This document shows positions 1-9,502 of a stretch of 64,000 nucleotides of DNA, piece by piece. The notes under the pieces were generated by a model. It was not told the origin of the DNA. It saw only the letters and a program-made list of their open reading frames with translations, and made no database searches. The first letter of the stretch is position 1. Every line of letters starts with the position of its first letter. The stretch is from Candidatus Latescibacterota bacterium (GTDB lineage Bacteria; Latescibacterota; UBA2968; GCA-2709665): contig OZ242358.1 in NCBI GenBank assembly GCA_965208835.1, forward strand, positions 3,616,001 to 3,680,000, in the 5' to 3' direction. A program made the position numbers and the translations under genes.

Positions 1-893
1 CCGCCATCGACGGCCTGGATTTCGGGTTTGAAAAAAAGGGCAGCCTGATGGTTTACGGGACCGAAAAGGGACTTGAGGGCGGTATCGCGGAAGCCGGCAT
101 CCTGTCTGAAAAGGGGGTCCGGACGGAACTGCTCGATCCGGGCGGCCTCCAGAGGTTGGATCCGATGGCCAACTACAACGCCGCGGGCGCCGTCTACTAT
201 CCACAGGACGCCCATGTAAATCCAGCGAAATTCGTTAGAGAACTCGCCCGTCACGTTGCCGGAAACGGTAAACGCGTCAGGATACGTCCTTCAACGGAGG
301 TGATCGGCTTCCGCCGAAAGGACAGCCGGATCCGCACGGTCGTCACCACGCGGGGAGACATCAGTGCGAACGAAGTCGTTCTCGCGGGAGGCGCTTGGTC
401 GCCGGTCGTCGCCGCGGAACTCGGCATGAAACTGCCAATACAACCGGCCAAGGGCTACAGCGTCACCTTCGAACGGCCCGCCCGCTGCCCTGCGGTTCCG
501 GCCTCGCTTTCAGAGTCCAAGGTGGCCGTTACACCCATGGGCGATATGCTCCGCTTCGGCGGCACCCTGGAACTGGCGGGTCTGGATCTTTCCATCAACA
601 AACGGCGTGTCGCGGCCATTCTCAACGCCGTACCACGCTATCTGCCCGACCTGAAACCGAACCGCCTGAAACACATCGAGACCTGGCGGGGCCTGCGGCC
701 ATGTACCCCGGACGGCCTACCGTTTCTGGGCCGCAGCCCGACTTTCGAAAACCTCACCGTCGCTGCCGGGCACGCAATGATCGGGATCTCGCTGGGACCC
801 GTTACAGGCAAACTGGTCTCACAGGTGGTCACGCGTCAGACACCGTCCATTGACCTCAATCTCCTTAGAGTCGACAGATTCGAAAGACCCTGA
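1..893 (+). CDS. FAD-dependent D-amino acid dehydrogenase/oxidase (DadA/DAO family), 5'-truncated by window edge
   Basis: Motifs VVLAGGAWS, IQPAKGYS, WRGLRPCTPDGLP, AAGHAMIGISLGP; the N-terminal FAD-binding motif lies outside the window. Confidence 0.85.
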   Translation, partial: AIDGLDFGFEKKGSLMVYGTEKGLEGGIAEAGILSEKGVRTELLDPGGLQRLDPMANYNAAGAVYYPQDAHVNPAKFVRELARHVAGNGKRVRIRPSTEVIGFRRKDSRIRTVVTTRGDISANEVVLAGGAWSPVVAAELGMKLPIQPAKGYSVTFERPARCPAVPASLSESKVAVTPMGDMLRFGGTLELAGLDLSINKRRVAAILNAVPRYLPDLKPNRLKHIETWRGLRPCTPDGLPFLGRSPTFENLTVAAGHAMIGISLGPVTGKLVSQVVTRQTPSIDLNLLRVDRFERP

Positions 894-910
894 GGAGCTA
901 ACTGAAAATA

Positions 911-1114
911 ACGAAACTACGAAACTACGAAAGGCGAATACAACGAAACTACGAATGAACGAGACTACGAATGAACGAAACTACGAATTGACGAAACTAC
1001 GAACTGACGAATGAACGAAACTACGAAAGAGCGGGAATAAATCATCCGTCTTATGGTATTCTCGTATTCTCGTATTCTCGCTTTACGAAACTACGAATAC
1101 GCTCATACGAATTG
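911..1114. repeat. 8-nt-period ACGA(A/G)NNN tandem repeat array with an inverted block
   Basis: 15 in-phase units at 911-1030 (ACGAAACT, ACGAATGA, ACGAGACT, ACGAATTG, ACGAACTG; one degenerate); (GTATTCTC)x3 at 1056-1079 reads as ACGAGAAT-type units on the minus strand; further units at 1085-1114. Confidence 0.9.
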
Positions 1115-1135
1115 AAAACCGACGAAAGGTCACTT

Positions 1136-2614
1136 ATGCCCGAGTTCATCCGGTCCGACAAGCCCAATGTACTGCTGATCTGCACGGATCACTGGAGTGG
1201 ACTGCTCACCGGCGATGCGGGCCATCCCGTTGTCACCACGCCGACGATCGACCACCTCGCCCGTTGCGGCGTCAGTTACACCAATGCCTATTCGGCCTGC
1301 CCCTCCTGCATACCCGCCCGACGCTCACTGTTCACCGGCATGAGCCCGAAGGCGAACGGAATGCGCTCGTTTATCGACGGCGTTGACTTCCCCGAAGTTC
1401 CCACCCTCGCCCAGTGCTTTCGCGACGCGGGTTATCAGGCGTATGCCGTGGGGAAACTGCATGTCTACCCGCAGCGCAACCGGATCGGCTTCGATGACGT
1501 CCTCGTAGAGGAGCAGGGCCGCCACGTTCACCATGACATTCCGGACGGGATGGCTGACGACTACGAGCTCTTTCTGGCCGAGCAGGGCTACGGCGGGCAG
1601 GAATACGCCAGCGGCATGACGCAGAACGACTACATCGCCCGTACCTGGCACCTGCCCGAGTACTGCCATCCGATCAACTGGGCAGCACGAGAGATGTGCA
1701 AAACCATCCGTCGACGGGATCCTCGAAAGCCCGGCTTCTGGTACCTCTCCTTTTCCGCGCCGCACCCGCCCAACACTCCGCTGCAGACATATATGGAGCT
1801 CTACCGGGAAGCGCCCCTCGACGAACCGGCCGGGGGCAACTGGTCGGCAGACTTCGATGAACTGCCCTACCACATAAAGACGCTGAGCAACCCGGACAAC
1901 CTCGCGATGGCGCGCGCAAAACACCATGAATGGGAGTATTCACGGCGCGCTTACTATGCAATGCTCACCCATATCGATCATCAGATCCGGATCGTCATCG
2001 GATACTTGCGGGAATGCGGGCTCCTGGACAACACCATCGTGGTCTTTACGAGCGACCACGGCCACATGGTCGGCGAACACGGGCTCTGGTGCATGACGCC
2101 GTTCTACGAAATGTCAGCAAAAATACCCCTGGTCGTGATGCCGGTGAGGGGCGACAAACGCCTCCCAGGCGGAACCCGCGACGACCGCCTGGCCGAGTTC
2201 GCCGACATCATGCCCACATTGCTGGACCTGGCGGGCATACCCATACCCGATTACGTCGACCGCCAGAGCCTGGCGGGCGACCGTCGCCGGGACGAACTCT
2301 ACGGCGAACACGGCGAAGGAACCGCGGCGATGCGCATGGTACACGACGGACGATTCAAGCTCATCTACTATCCCGTGGGTAACCAGGCACAGCTCTTCGA
2401 CGTCGCCAACGACCCTCGTGAAACACGGGACCTCGCCGGTGACAGCGGCTTTGCCGACACGCTGAACCGCCTCAAGAGCCGTCTGGTGGAACACCTCTAC
2501 GGCGAAGATCTCAAATGGCTGAAAGACGGCGAACTCGTCGGTCTGCCGGCCAGGCAATACGTCCCGTCGGCCAAACGCGCGATGCGCGGCCAGCGCGGCC
2601 TTCGATTTATGTAA
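1136..2614 (+). CDS. Formylglycine-dependent sulfatase (choline/arylsulfatase-like, no signal peptide)
   Basis: PNVLLICTDH, CIPARRSLFTG (CxPxR), GKLH, PHPP, FTSDHG; ATG at 1136 follows AAAGG. Confidence 0.92.
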   Translation: MPEFIRSDKPNVLLICTDHWSGLLTGDAGHPVVTTPTIDHLARCGVSYTNAYSACPSCIPARRSLFTGMSPKANGMRSFIDGVDFPEVPTLAQCFRDAGYQAYAVGKLHVYPQRNRIGFDDVLVEEQGRHVHHDIPDGMADDYELFLAEQGYGGQEYASGMTQNDYIARTWHLPEYCHPINWAAREMCKTIRRRDPRKPGFWYLSFSAPHPPNTPLQTYMELYREAPLDEPAGGNWSADFDELPYHIKTLSNPDNLAMARAKHHEWEYSRRAYYAMLTHIDHQIRIVIGYLRECGLLDNTIVVFTSDHGHMVGEHGLWCMTPFYEMSAKIPLVVMPVRGDKRLPGGTRDDRLAEFADIMPTLLDLAGIPIPDYVDRQSLAGDRRRDELYGEHGEGTAAMRMVHDGRFKLIYYPVGNQAQLFDVANDPRETRDLAGDSGFADTLNRLKSRLVEHLYGEDLKWLKDGELVGLPARQYVPSAKRAMRGQRGLRFM

Positions 2615-2654
2615 CTGAATTCGCCGGCACAGCCTCCGCAGGAAGGAGCCCTCT

Positions 2655-5015
2655 ATGCCCACGACCGAAACCGGATCGCCTGCCCGTGCGGTCACGCTAA
2701 TGATCTACACCCGATATGAATACCGCAAGGTGTACGCACGTGTCCACCTGCTCGGCGAAACCCATCTGGCGCAAGGGGGCAAGGTGGAGCTGGTCCTTTA
2801 CAGCACACGTTCGGGGGAAACACGGGAAACCAGGGTTGTCAGCAACATCGGGCACGAAGAGATCGCCTTCGACACGGGGGACATACCATCGGGTTGCTGC
2901 GACTTCAGGGCGACCTTCATCGACCGGTACGGCACCCGCTTCGCCACCCGGACGCTTCAGGACAAATGGCCGGGTGATTTTAGCTGGTTGGGGTCCCGTG
3001 CCGGAATCTCTCGCCGCGTACCCAATCCATGGACGCCACTCAACGTTACGGAATCCGGGGACGGCCTTGAGATTACCTGCTGGGGAAGAACTTATGAATT
3101 CCCGGCAACCGCGTTCTCCGCCAAGGCGACTTCGGGCGGCAGCCAACTGCTTGCCGGTCCATTGAGGCCGGTTGCCCGCGTAAACGGCAAGAAAGCGCGC
3201 TGGACGAAGGGCCATCTCGAACTGATTTCGGCAGAAAGAGATCAGGTGGTTTTCAATGTCCGTTTCGAATCTCCCGCCGGCCTGGCCGTGACGGCCAGAA
3301 CCGAAATCGACTTCGACGGGATGGCGCGGATAGACTGGTCACTCACCGCCAGCACGATCCTGCGCCTCGACGCGCTCTCACTCGAATTGCCCGTTCGCGG
3401 CAAACACGCCGGATACCTGTACCACTTTCCCGGAAGCTGGGGCGGAGTCAGAAACGTCGGCGCGCTGTCGAAGAACGGTCTCAAGATGGGATATCGCCCG
3501 TATATCTGGCTGGGGGACGAGGAACGCGGTATCGCTTTGTTCTCGGAATCGGACGCGGGCTTCCACACCCGCAATCCGCGGAAGGTCACCGAAATCACCC
3601 GTCGAAAGAACCGGGTAAGGCTGCGCATCCATTGTGTCTCGACACCGATCAAGCTCCTTCCCGGCAGCCGCGAGGGCGGGCAGTTCACAGGTTTCGGAAC
3701 CGAAGACGTCAGGCCGCTCACGCCTGGCGGCGTCGTTACCGACGAACTGCGATACACGTTCGGATTTCAGGCCACGCCCGTCAAGCCCGTCGTGGAGGAC
3801 GCCTGGGACCAGCGAATATTCTGCATCGGCCAGACCACGACCGGTTTCAGTCCCCGACTGAACGTGTCGGACGCCCTCCTGGACAGGTGCGTGGATTCCG
3901 GTGTCCGGGCCGTCGTCCTCTTCGAGCACTGGGCGGACGCGGAGGCGTACACCCGGACCCCGCACGCCGCCGAAGTCCGGAAGATCGTCAAGGCCTGCAG
4001 GGACCGCGGACTTCAGGTCCTGCTCTACTTCGGCTTTCTCATCTCGGACATCATCGACGAATGGCAGGCCGTGGGCAAAGACGCGCTCATTCTGCCCAAG
4101 GGCGGATATCCGGTCTTCCACTACCAGCCGCAGCCGGAACAATCCGCCTGGCGCGTCTGCCTGAACAGTCCGTGGCAGGATCTGCTCACGGATGGCATCG
4201 CGGGAGTGATGGATGAATTCGACATCGACGGGGTCTACCTGGACGGGACCGAATATCCGTTCGGCTGCTGCAATACCGAACATGGATGCGGGCATAAGCG
4301 GTCCGACGGCAGTATCGCCCAGACCTATCCCATCTTCAGTACGCGCTCAGCGATGCGGAGAATCTACGAAATCGTAAAGTCACGCAAGAAAGACGGCCAC
4401 GTCAACGTGCATAACTCCACGTGCATGACCATGCCCACCCTCGGTTGGGCGACCGGATACTGGGACGGGGAGCAATTCCAGGGCGTCGGCAGCGGCGTGG
4501 ACGTTTCCCGGCTGTTGCCCCTGGACGCCTTCCGTGCCGAATTCATGGGCCGCCAGTGGGGGGTTCCCGCCGAATTCCTCCACGCGGGCGCCGCCTACAC
4601 CTACAATCAAGCGTGGGCGTTTACGCTTCTGCACGACATTCCCGTCCGACCGCAGAATGCGGACGATGACCTGGATCTGGCTGCCGAAGTGTGGCGCGCC
4701 ATGGACGCGTTCGACCGCAAGAACGCCGAATGGATTCCTTATTGGAGGAATCGCAGATATATTGGCGTTTCTCCCGGGGACGCCTGCGCCAGCATCTATC
4801 GTCACCCGGAAAACGGCGTTCTGGCCGTTGTCTCCAATATGAACGGCAAACGCAAGAACGTCACGGTACGGTTGAACATGAACAAGCTGGGGCTCGGTAC
4901 TGCCCCCGTTGCGGAGGACACGCTCAAAAACAACGCCGTCCCGATCCGGGACGGCGTTTTGAAATTCACGCTTTCAAGTCTGGAGTGGAAACTCATCCAC
5001 ATCCGCAACATCTGA
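2655..5015 (+). CDS. DUF6067-like / glycoside-hydrolase-like protein
   Basis: 786 aa; VPNPWTP, FGFQATPVKP and a TIM-barrel GVYLDGT segment; SD AAGGAG. Confidence 0.6.
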   Translation: MPTTETGSPARAVTLMIYTRYEYRKVYARVHLLGETHLAQGGKVELVLYSTRSGETRETRVVSNIGHEEIAFDTGDIPSGCCDFRATFIDRYGTRFATRTLQDKWPGDFSWLGSRAGISRRVPNPWTPLNVTESGDGLEITCWGRTYEFPATAFSAKATSGGSQLLAGPLRPVARVNGKKARWTKGHLELISAERDQVVFNVRFESPAGLAVTARTEIDFDGMARIDWSLTASTILRLDALSLELPVRGKHAGYLYHFPGSWGGVRNVGALSKNGLKMGYRPYIWLGDEERGIALFSESDAGFHTRNPRKVTEITRRKNRVRLRIHCVSTPIKLLPGSREGGQFTGFGTEDVRPLTPGGVVTDELRYTFGFQATPVKPVVEDAWDQRIFCIGQTTTGFSPRLNVSDALLDRCVDSGVRAVVLFEHWADAEAYTRTPHAAEVRKIVKACRDRGLQVLLYFGFLISDIIDEWQAVGKDALILPKGGYPVFHYQPQPEQSAWRVCLNSPWQDLLTDGIAGVMDEFDIDGVYLDGTEYPFGCCNTEHGCGHKRSDGSIAQTYPIFSTRSAMRRIYEIVKSRKKDGHVNVHNSTCMTMPTLGWATGYWDGEQFQGVGSGVDVSRLLPLDAFRAEFMGRQWGVPAEFLHAGAAYTYNQAWAFTLLHDIPVRPQNADDDLDLAAEVWRAMDAFDRKNAEWIPYWRNRRYIGVSPGDACASIYRHPENGVLAVVSNMNGKRKNVTVRLNMNKLGLGTAPVAEDTLKNNAVPIRDGVLKFTLSSLEWKLIHIRNI

Positions 5016-5026
5016 ACGACCTTTCA

Positions 5027-5235
5027 GAAGCTGTTTTAAAACCCCCGGCGGTCTTTGCGCGGCTGCAAAAGCGTCGGTCTGCGTTGGTCAAGAGCCACCC
5101 GTATCGAGAGGTCGAGGCTGCGCTTGCTCGCCTCTCTTAGGCGCCTTTGACCGCCGGCGTTGCGCGCCCCTCGCGCCTCATAACCGACACATTTTCGCGC
5201 GCGCTCGGGACTCACCAGGAATTTAAAACAACTTC
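5027..5235. mobile_element. MITE family C (209 bp, IS5-like ends)
   Basis: TIR GAAGCTGTTTTAAA / TTTAAAACAACTTC (13/14 match); TCA on both flanks (5024-5026, 5236-5238); no transposase ORF. Confidence 0.8.
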
Positions 5236-6216
5236 TCAGGTTTCGTTGACCGCCTGCAAGAGTGCGTGGATGTAACCGTATGTGTAGGCGAAGGCGACTT
5301 GCGCGGGTTCCTCCCCGGAAATACCGGGGACGTGATCGGGCATAATCATGTATTCATAACCGACCTCATTGAACGTGCGCAGCGCTCTAAGCATATCCAC
5401 GTCCCCTTCGTCGGGAAACACCTCCATAAAGTCCCGGAACCCACCCCTGATATTCCGGAAATGCAGGTTGAAGATCTTCCTGCGCCGGCCGAACCAGCGG
5501 ATAATGTCGTAAATCTCCTCGCCCGGGTCTTCAAGGCTCTCGGATATCGTTCCGAGGCAGAAATTCAGCCCGTTGTAAGGGCTGTCGTATAACTCGACGA
5601 ACCTCTTCAGCCCGTCCACCATCCCCATAACACGGGCGACGCCGCGGTACGTCACATCGCCGATCCCCGGATCGGACGGATGACAGGCCATCTGAATGCG
5701 GTACTCTTCCGCCACCGGCATAACGCGTTCGAGCCAGTATTGGATACGTTCCCACATCGTATCGGCGTCGGCCGCCCCTCCTTCAAATTCCCCTAGGGAC
5801 TGGTCGAGTTTTGCGTATTCAAAAGACGAAAGCCGCGACCCGCCACGACCGTAACGGGATTCGGTCCGGAGGTGTCCCAGTATGGTAATGTTGTAGTTGA
5901 GACCCCGAAGCCCGGCCCTGGAGGCCATCCGGACGATTTCGCACAACCGGTCGATCTGCCGTTCCCGTTCATCGCTCGGGGCGAGAAACACGGCGCCGGC
6001 CGGATTACTGAACGCGCTGCCCGAGCTGAGCGGAATGTGAATCATCTCGAGATTGATACCGTACCCGTCAAACCGGTCGCGCATCCGGATCAGCATCTCA
6101 GCCGACCATTCGGTCCACGGCTCCACCGGCGTCTGGTCCACGTTGTACACGCCCAACTGCGACAGGACCTCAATGTCGGTATCGTGACGACATCCCACCT
6201 GTGTCCCTATGTACAT
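5236..6216 (-). CDS. uxuA: Mannonate dehydratase family protein (UxuA-like)
   Basis: MACHPSDP, NGLNFCLGT, HFRNIRG, EVFPDEGDVDM, MPDHVP, AYTYGYI motifs. Confidence 0.8.
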   Translation of the reverse strand: MYIGTQVGCRHDTDIEVLSQLGVYNVDQTPVEPWTEWSAEMLIRMRDRFDGYGINLEMIHIPLSSGSAFSNPAGAVFLAPSDERERQIDRLCEIVRMASRAGLRGLNYNITILGHLRTESRYGRGGSRLSSFEYAKLDQSLGEFEGGAADADTMWERIQYWLERVMPVAEEYRIQMACHPSDPGIGDVTYRGVARVMGMVDGLKRFVELYDSPYNGLNFCLGTISESLEDPGEEIYDIIRWFGRRRKIFNLHFRNIRGGFRDFMEVFPDEGDVDMLRALRTFNEVGYEYMIMPDHVPGISGEEPAQVAFAYTYGYIHALLQAVNET

Positions 6217-6268
6217 GATTCGGTCCTCTCAATGGATTTCGCCGATCGGGAGTCGGCGTCCGCCGGGT

Positions 6269-7156
6269 TTACAGTTTGCCGATCGTGGGTCTTGAGGGCA
6301 GCGAGGACGAAAACTGATCCACGCTTTCCCAGGGCGGCTTGAGCGCGTGGCGTGATGCGACGGGCTCCGGTTGACGATAGCGCACATGAACGGTGTGCCT
6401 CGGACGCCGGGTGTGTCTGACGGAGCCGCAGTGATAGCTGCAATTGTTGAACATGACAGCCGTTCCCGCCCGGCCGTATATATCTACACGACCCGTACGC
6501 CGGGTCAGTTCCCTACCAAAGGCGTCCACCCAGGTAGGTCGCTCCGGGTCGACGTATCCGACGTCTGCGTCGTCGATCCGAAGCCTGTCCTGCGCGCCCC
6601 ATCCGCTGCTCCCGGTGTGCGTCTTCGGCAGATTTCGTTTGGTTTCGACGCTCTCCGGAATGATGCTGAAGCAGTGGGACTCTGTGTCAACGTCATCCAT
6701 GTAGAAGATCGCCTGCAGCGCCGGCACGAAAAAGTCGTTCCGGTCCGCGCCTTCCACGTTTCCGCTGTCTTCGCGATGCCACACGCGCGTGAGACACAGC
6801 GGATCGCCGCCGTCCTGATCTTCGGGGGGCTGGACGTCGCAGGGTTCCCGCCTGAGAAACGTCAGGCCGGACAGCCCGGCGCCCGGACCCAGGATGCGGC
6901 GGACAAGGGGTGCGACAGAAGGGTGGCAAACCAGCCCGTCCAGCGCCTCGGTCCGGTGGAGAAGCTCGGGCGCGTCACAGCCCACGGACAGATGACCGGA
7001 TGCCGTTGGAGCAGGCTCCCAATGTTCCGGGTGCGCGGCCCGATCCGCGGCGATTCCGCTGTTGACGCGCGCGACCTCTTCATCCGTCAGCGCATCGCGC
7101 ACGACGATGTAGCCGTTTTTCTCGAAAAATCCGATCGTATCTTCCATGGATGTCAT
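6269..7156 (-). CDS. Phytanoyl-CoA dioxygenase (PhyH) family Fe/2-OG dioxygenase
   Basis: FFEKNGYIVVRDAL, WHRED (HxD-like), IIPES, GTAVMFNNCSYH. Confidence 0.82.
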   Translation of the reverse strand: MTSMEDTIGFFEKNGYIVVRDALTDEEVARVNSGIAADRAAHPEHWEPAPTASGHLSVGCDAPELLHRTEALDGLVCHPSVAPLVRRILGPGAGLSGLTFLRREPCDVQPPEDQDGGDPLCLTRVWHREDSGNVEGADRNDFFVPALQAIFYMDDVDTESHCFSIIPESVETKRNLPKTHTGSSGWGAQDRLRIDDADVGYVDPERPTWVDAFGRELTRRTGRVDIYGRAGTAVMFNNCSYHCGSVRHTRRPRHTVHVRYRQPEPVASRHALKPPWESVDQFSSSLPSRPTIGKL

Positions 7157-7216
7157 CCCTTTCGCTACCTGTTCGGTCTGTTGAATCCCGGGGTCCGCCC
7201 CGCAGCGTTTGAACGA

Positions 7217-7371
7217 GTGTCCTGTCCCAAAAATTCCTCACCATTCGACCGCCGATTCATCCCGTCTCGCTACGTTCCCCTCGCTCGCCGACCTTACGCA
7301 GGTCGGTGGCGCCTTGCGAGCCAAGCGACTCGGCGGTCGAATTTTGGCAACTTATTTTCGACACAGAACAC
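7217..7371. mobile_element. MITE family B (155 bp, IS630-like ends), degenerate copy
   Basis: Ends GTGTCCTGTCCCAAAAAT / ATTTTCGACACAGAACAC; body homologous to 24664-24825 and 45256-45295. Confidence 0.75.
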
Positions 7372-7617
7372 CAGGCGTTCCGCTCAATGAAGATCCCCGC
7401 ATTGCAGTTTTATCCGGGCCTTCGCCCGTTGCAGCCACCGGTGCATCCATCCGTCCCCAGGAAATGAATAGATAATAACGATCGCTCATATGTCAAGGCA
7501 AAAACCGCCACTGGCGCCGCCCTGCGCATGGAAGTTGCCGGGCGCTCGACCGATGGATATATTAGATGCCGCACAGCCGTCGCTGACCGTCATTCTCAAC
7601 GCCCGGTCCGCGTATAA

Positions 7618-7777
7618 CAGCCCGTTGAAAAAGCCCATCCGGGCTACGGCCGGCCCTTGCGGTCGAAATCCTGCGTTGCGCTCCCTCGCCGAATCGCAGG
7701 ATGGGACTCGGTCGCGCGCCTTGTCTTCGGCCACAATGGCTCGGCCTCGCCTGCAAAGCGACTTTATCAACGGACTG
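7618..7777. mobile_element. MITE family A copy 1 (160 bp)
   Basis: TIR CAGCCCGTTGAAAAAG / CTTTATCAACGGACTG; 4-bp TSD ATAA on both sides; opposite orientation to the other copies. Confidence 0.92.
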
Positions 7778-7850
7778 ATAAACGCCGGAGTACCGTTGGT
7801 CGGACACGCGCCCGATGCCGATCGCCGGAATCCGAAGGAAAGGACTCCCG

Positions 7851-9413
7851 ATGTCCAGACTCCGGGACGTCAACACGACCGATATCGCCGACGCCATCCG
7901 TCTCGGCTGCCGCACCATGTGCAGCGTGTTCAACGCGGACGACAACAATGTCCCGTTCTTCAGTTCCAGGGTGCTCCCGGAAGCCCGGTTGAGCTTCAGT
8001 CCCGTACACTCCGAGTCCCACGTTCCCGGGCGCCACCTGAACGCCTTGCTCAACGCCGAAGACGCCATCGGGATCGAACTGGACGAACGCTGCATCGACA
8101 ACCACGCCAACGCCGCCTTTCTTGCCTACGGGGGCCCGGTTGCGCTGCCGATCAACCGGGACGAAGTTGGCGGGCCTCAGGTCAACTTCACACCGCATAA
8201 CTGCCGGGAAGGATTTCATGCGTTGTACCCGCTGGTCCGTTTCCGGCGTTCCGAACGCGCCCGTGAGATCGCCGAAGCCAGTATCCGCTCGATTCATGAG
8301 TGCTGGAGTCCGGCAACCGGCTGGAACTACGATTACCTCGAAGGCCAACTTGGACTCAAGGTCTTTCGCTCCACTTTCGTCGTCGGGCTTGGACGGTCCA
8401 TCGGTCCGCTGGTGAAGTACTATAGGGCAACGGGGCACGGCGCCGCACTCGATCTGGCCATCGTCCTGAAAGACAGAGCGCTGGACTATTTCAATGAAAA
8501 CGGCGACTACAACCGCGAGGCCTTCGGGGCGCATACACACTCCACCACGTGCGTGATGTCGTCCCTGGCACAGTTGGCCGAACTGACGTCGGACGCCCTG
8601 CTGATGGACCGTGTGAAAGCCTTTTACGACAACGGCCTCCGTGAAATCAGCGATCCGCTCGGCTGGGTGATCGAGAACAGCGGTGACGAAGCTCCTGCCG
8701 ACAAGGGAGAAATCAACAACTCCGGAGACATTCTCGAAACCGCGCTGATCCTGGGTCGTTGGGGATATACCGGGTACTACGACGACGCCGAACGCATTCT
8801 GCGGTGCCACATTCTGCCTTCCCAACTCCGCGACATTTCATTTATCGACGATCCGCCCAACCCCGACGGAGATGACGGCAAACGGGACGTCGCCAACCGG
8901 CACGTGGGCGCCTTCGGCTTTCCGGCCCCCTACGGCCACCGCCCGATCGGCGCGGAATCCGTGAGTTTCAACATGGATATCGTGGGGGGCGGGGTGGGCT
9001 CACTCTGCGAAGCCTACCGGGAAACCGCGCGAACCGACGGCGCGGGCCACCGTGTCAATCTGTTGTTCGACCACGAAACGCCGTCCCTGAAAATCGAATC
9101 TCCATACACGCATTCGGCGCTGAGCGTGCGCGTAAAACGCCCGGGACCGCTATGGGTGCGTGTCCCTTCCTGGATGGACGCGTCGAAGATCAGCATCCAG
9201 GGTGCGACGGTAGCCCCGCGCCAGACGAACGGCTATCTCTACGTCGCCCGGCCCCCGCTCAACCGTCCGATCACTTTCGAGTTTCCGCTCGTCGAACGGG
9301 AAATCGTGCTGAATCACCGTACCCGTCAGATTCGTGTACGCCTGCAGGGAGACGCAGTTGCGGCGATGGACAACTTCGGCGCGGATCTGACGTTTTTCGA
9401 TCCGTACGAATAA
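7851..9413 (+). CDS. Hypothetical protein, possibly GH127/146-like alpha/alpha barrel with C-terminal beta-sandwich
   Basis: 520 aa, SD AAGGA; AHTHS, YYDDAERILR and LWVRVPSW resemble GH127-type proteins; no signal peptide. Confidence 0.45.
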   Translation: MSRLRDVNTTDIADAIRLGCRTMCSVFNADDNNVPFFSSRVLPEARLSFSPVHSESHVPGRHLNALLNAEDAIGIELDERCIDNHANAAFLAYGGPVALPINRDEVGGPQVNFTPHNCREGFHALYPLVRFRRSERAREIAEASIRSIHECWSPATGWNYDYLEGQLGLKVFRSTFVVGLGRSIGPLVKYYRATGHGAALDLAIVLKDRALDYFNENGDYNREAFGAHTHSTTCVMSSLAQLAELTSDALLMDRVKAFYDNGLREISDPLGWVIENSGDEAPADKGEINNSGDILETALILGRWGYTGYYDDAERILRCHILPSQLRDISFIDDPPNPDGDDGKRDVANRHVGAFGFPAPYGHRPIGAESVSFNMDIVGGGVGSLCEAYRETARTDGAGHRVNLLFDHETPSLKIESPYTHSALSVRVKRPGPLWVRVPSWMDASKISIQGATVAPRQTNGYLYVARPPLNRPITFEFPLVEREIVLNHRTRQIRVRLQGDAVAAMDNFGADLTFFDPYE

Positions 9414-9502
9414 GCCCGCCACGACGCGAACGGAACGCCAGGCTTGCTACAGAATCAGTCAGCAAGGCACGGACACCGTCGAGCCATTGAAAGGAGCCGC
9501 GT

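Noticed and set aside
911-1114. CRISPR array
   Set aside because: Units are 8 nt with no unique spacers, and there are no cas genes.
7486-7780. ORFs running through MITE A (also 18679-19265, 24722-25036 and the N-terminal extension of 45474-46784)
   Set aside because: They are near-identical translations of the repeat, with no transposase motifs or convincing SD.
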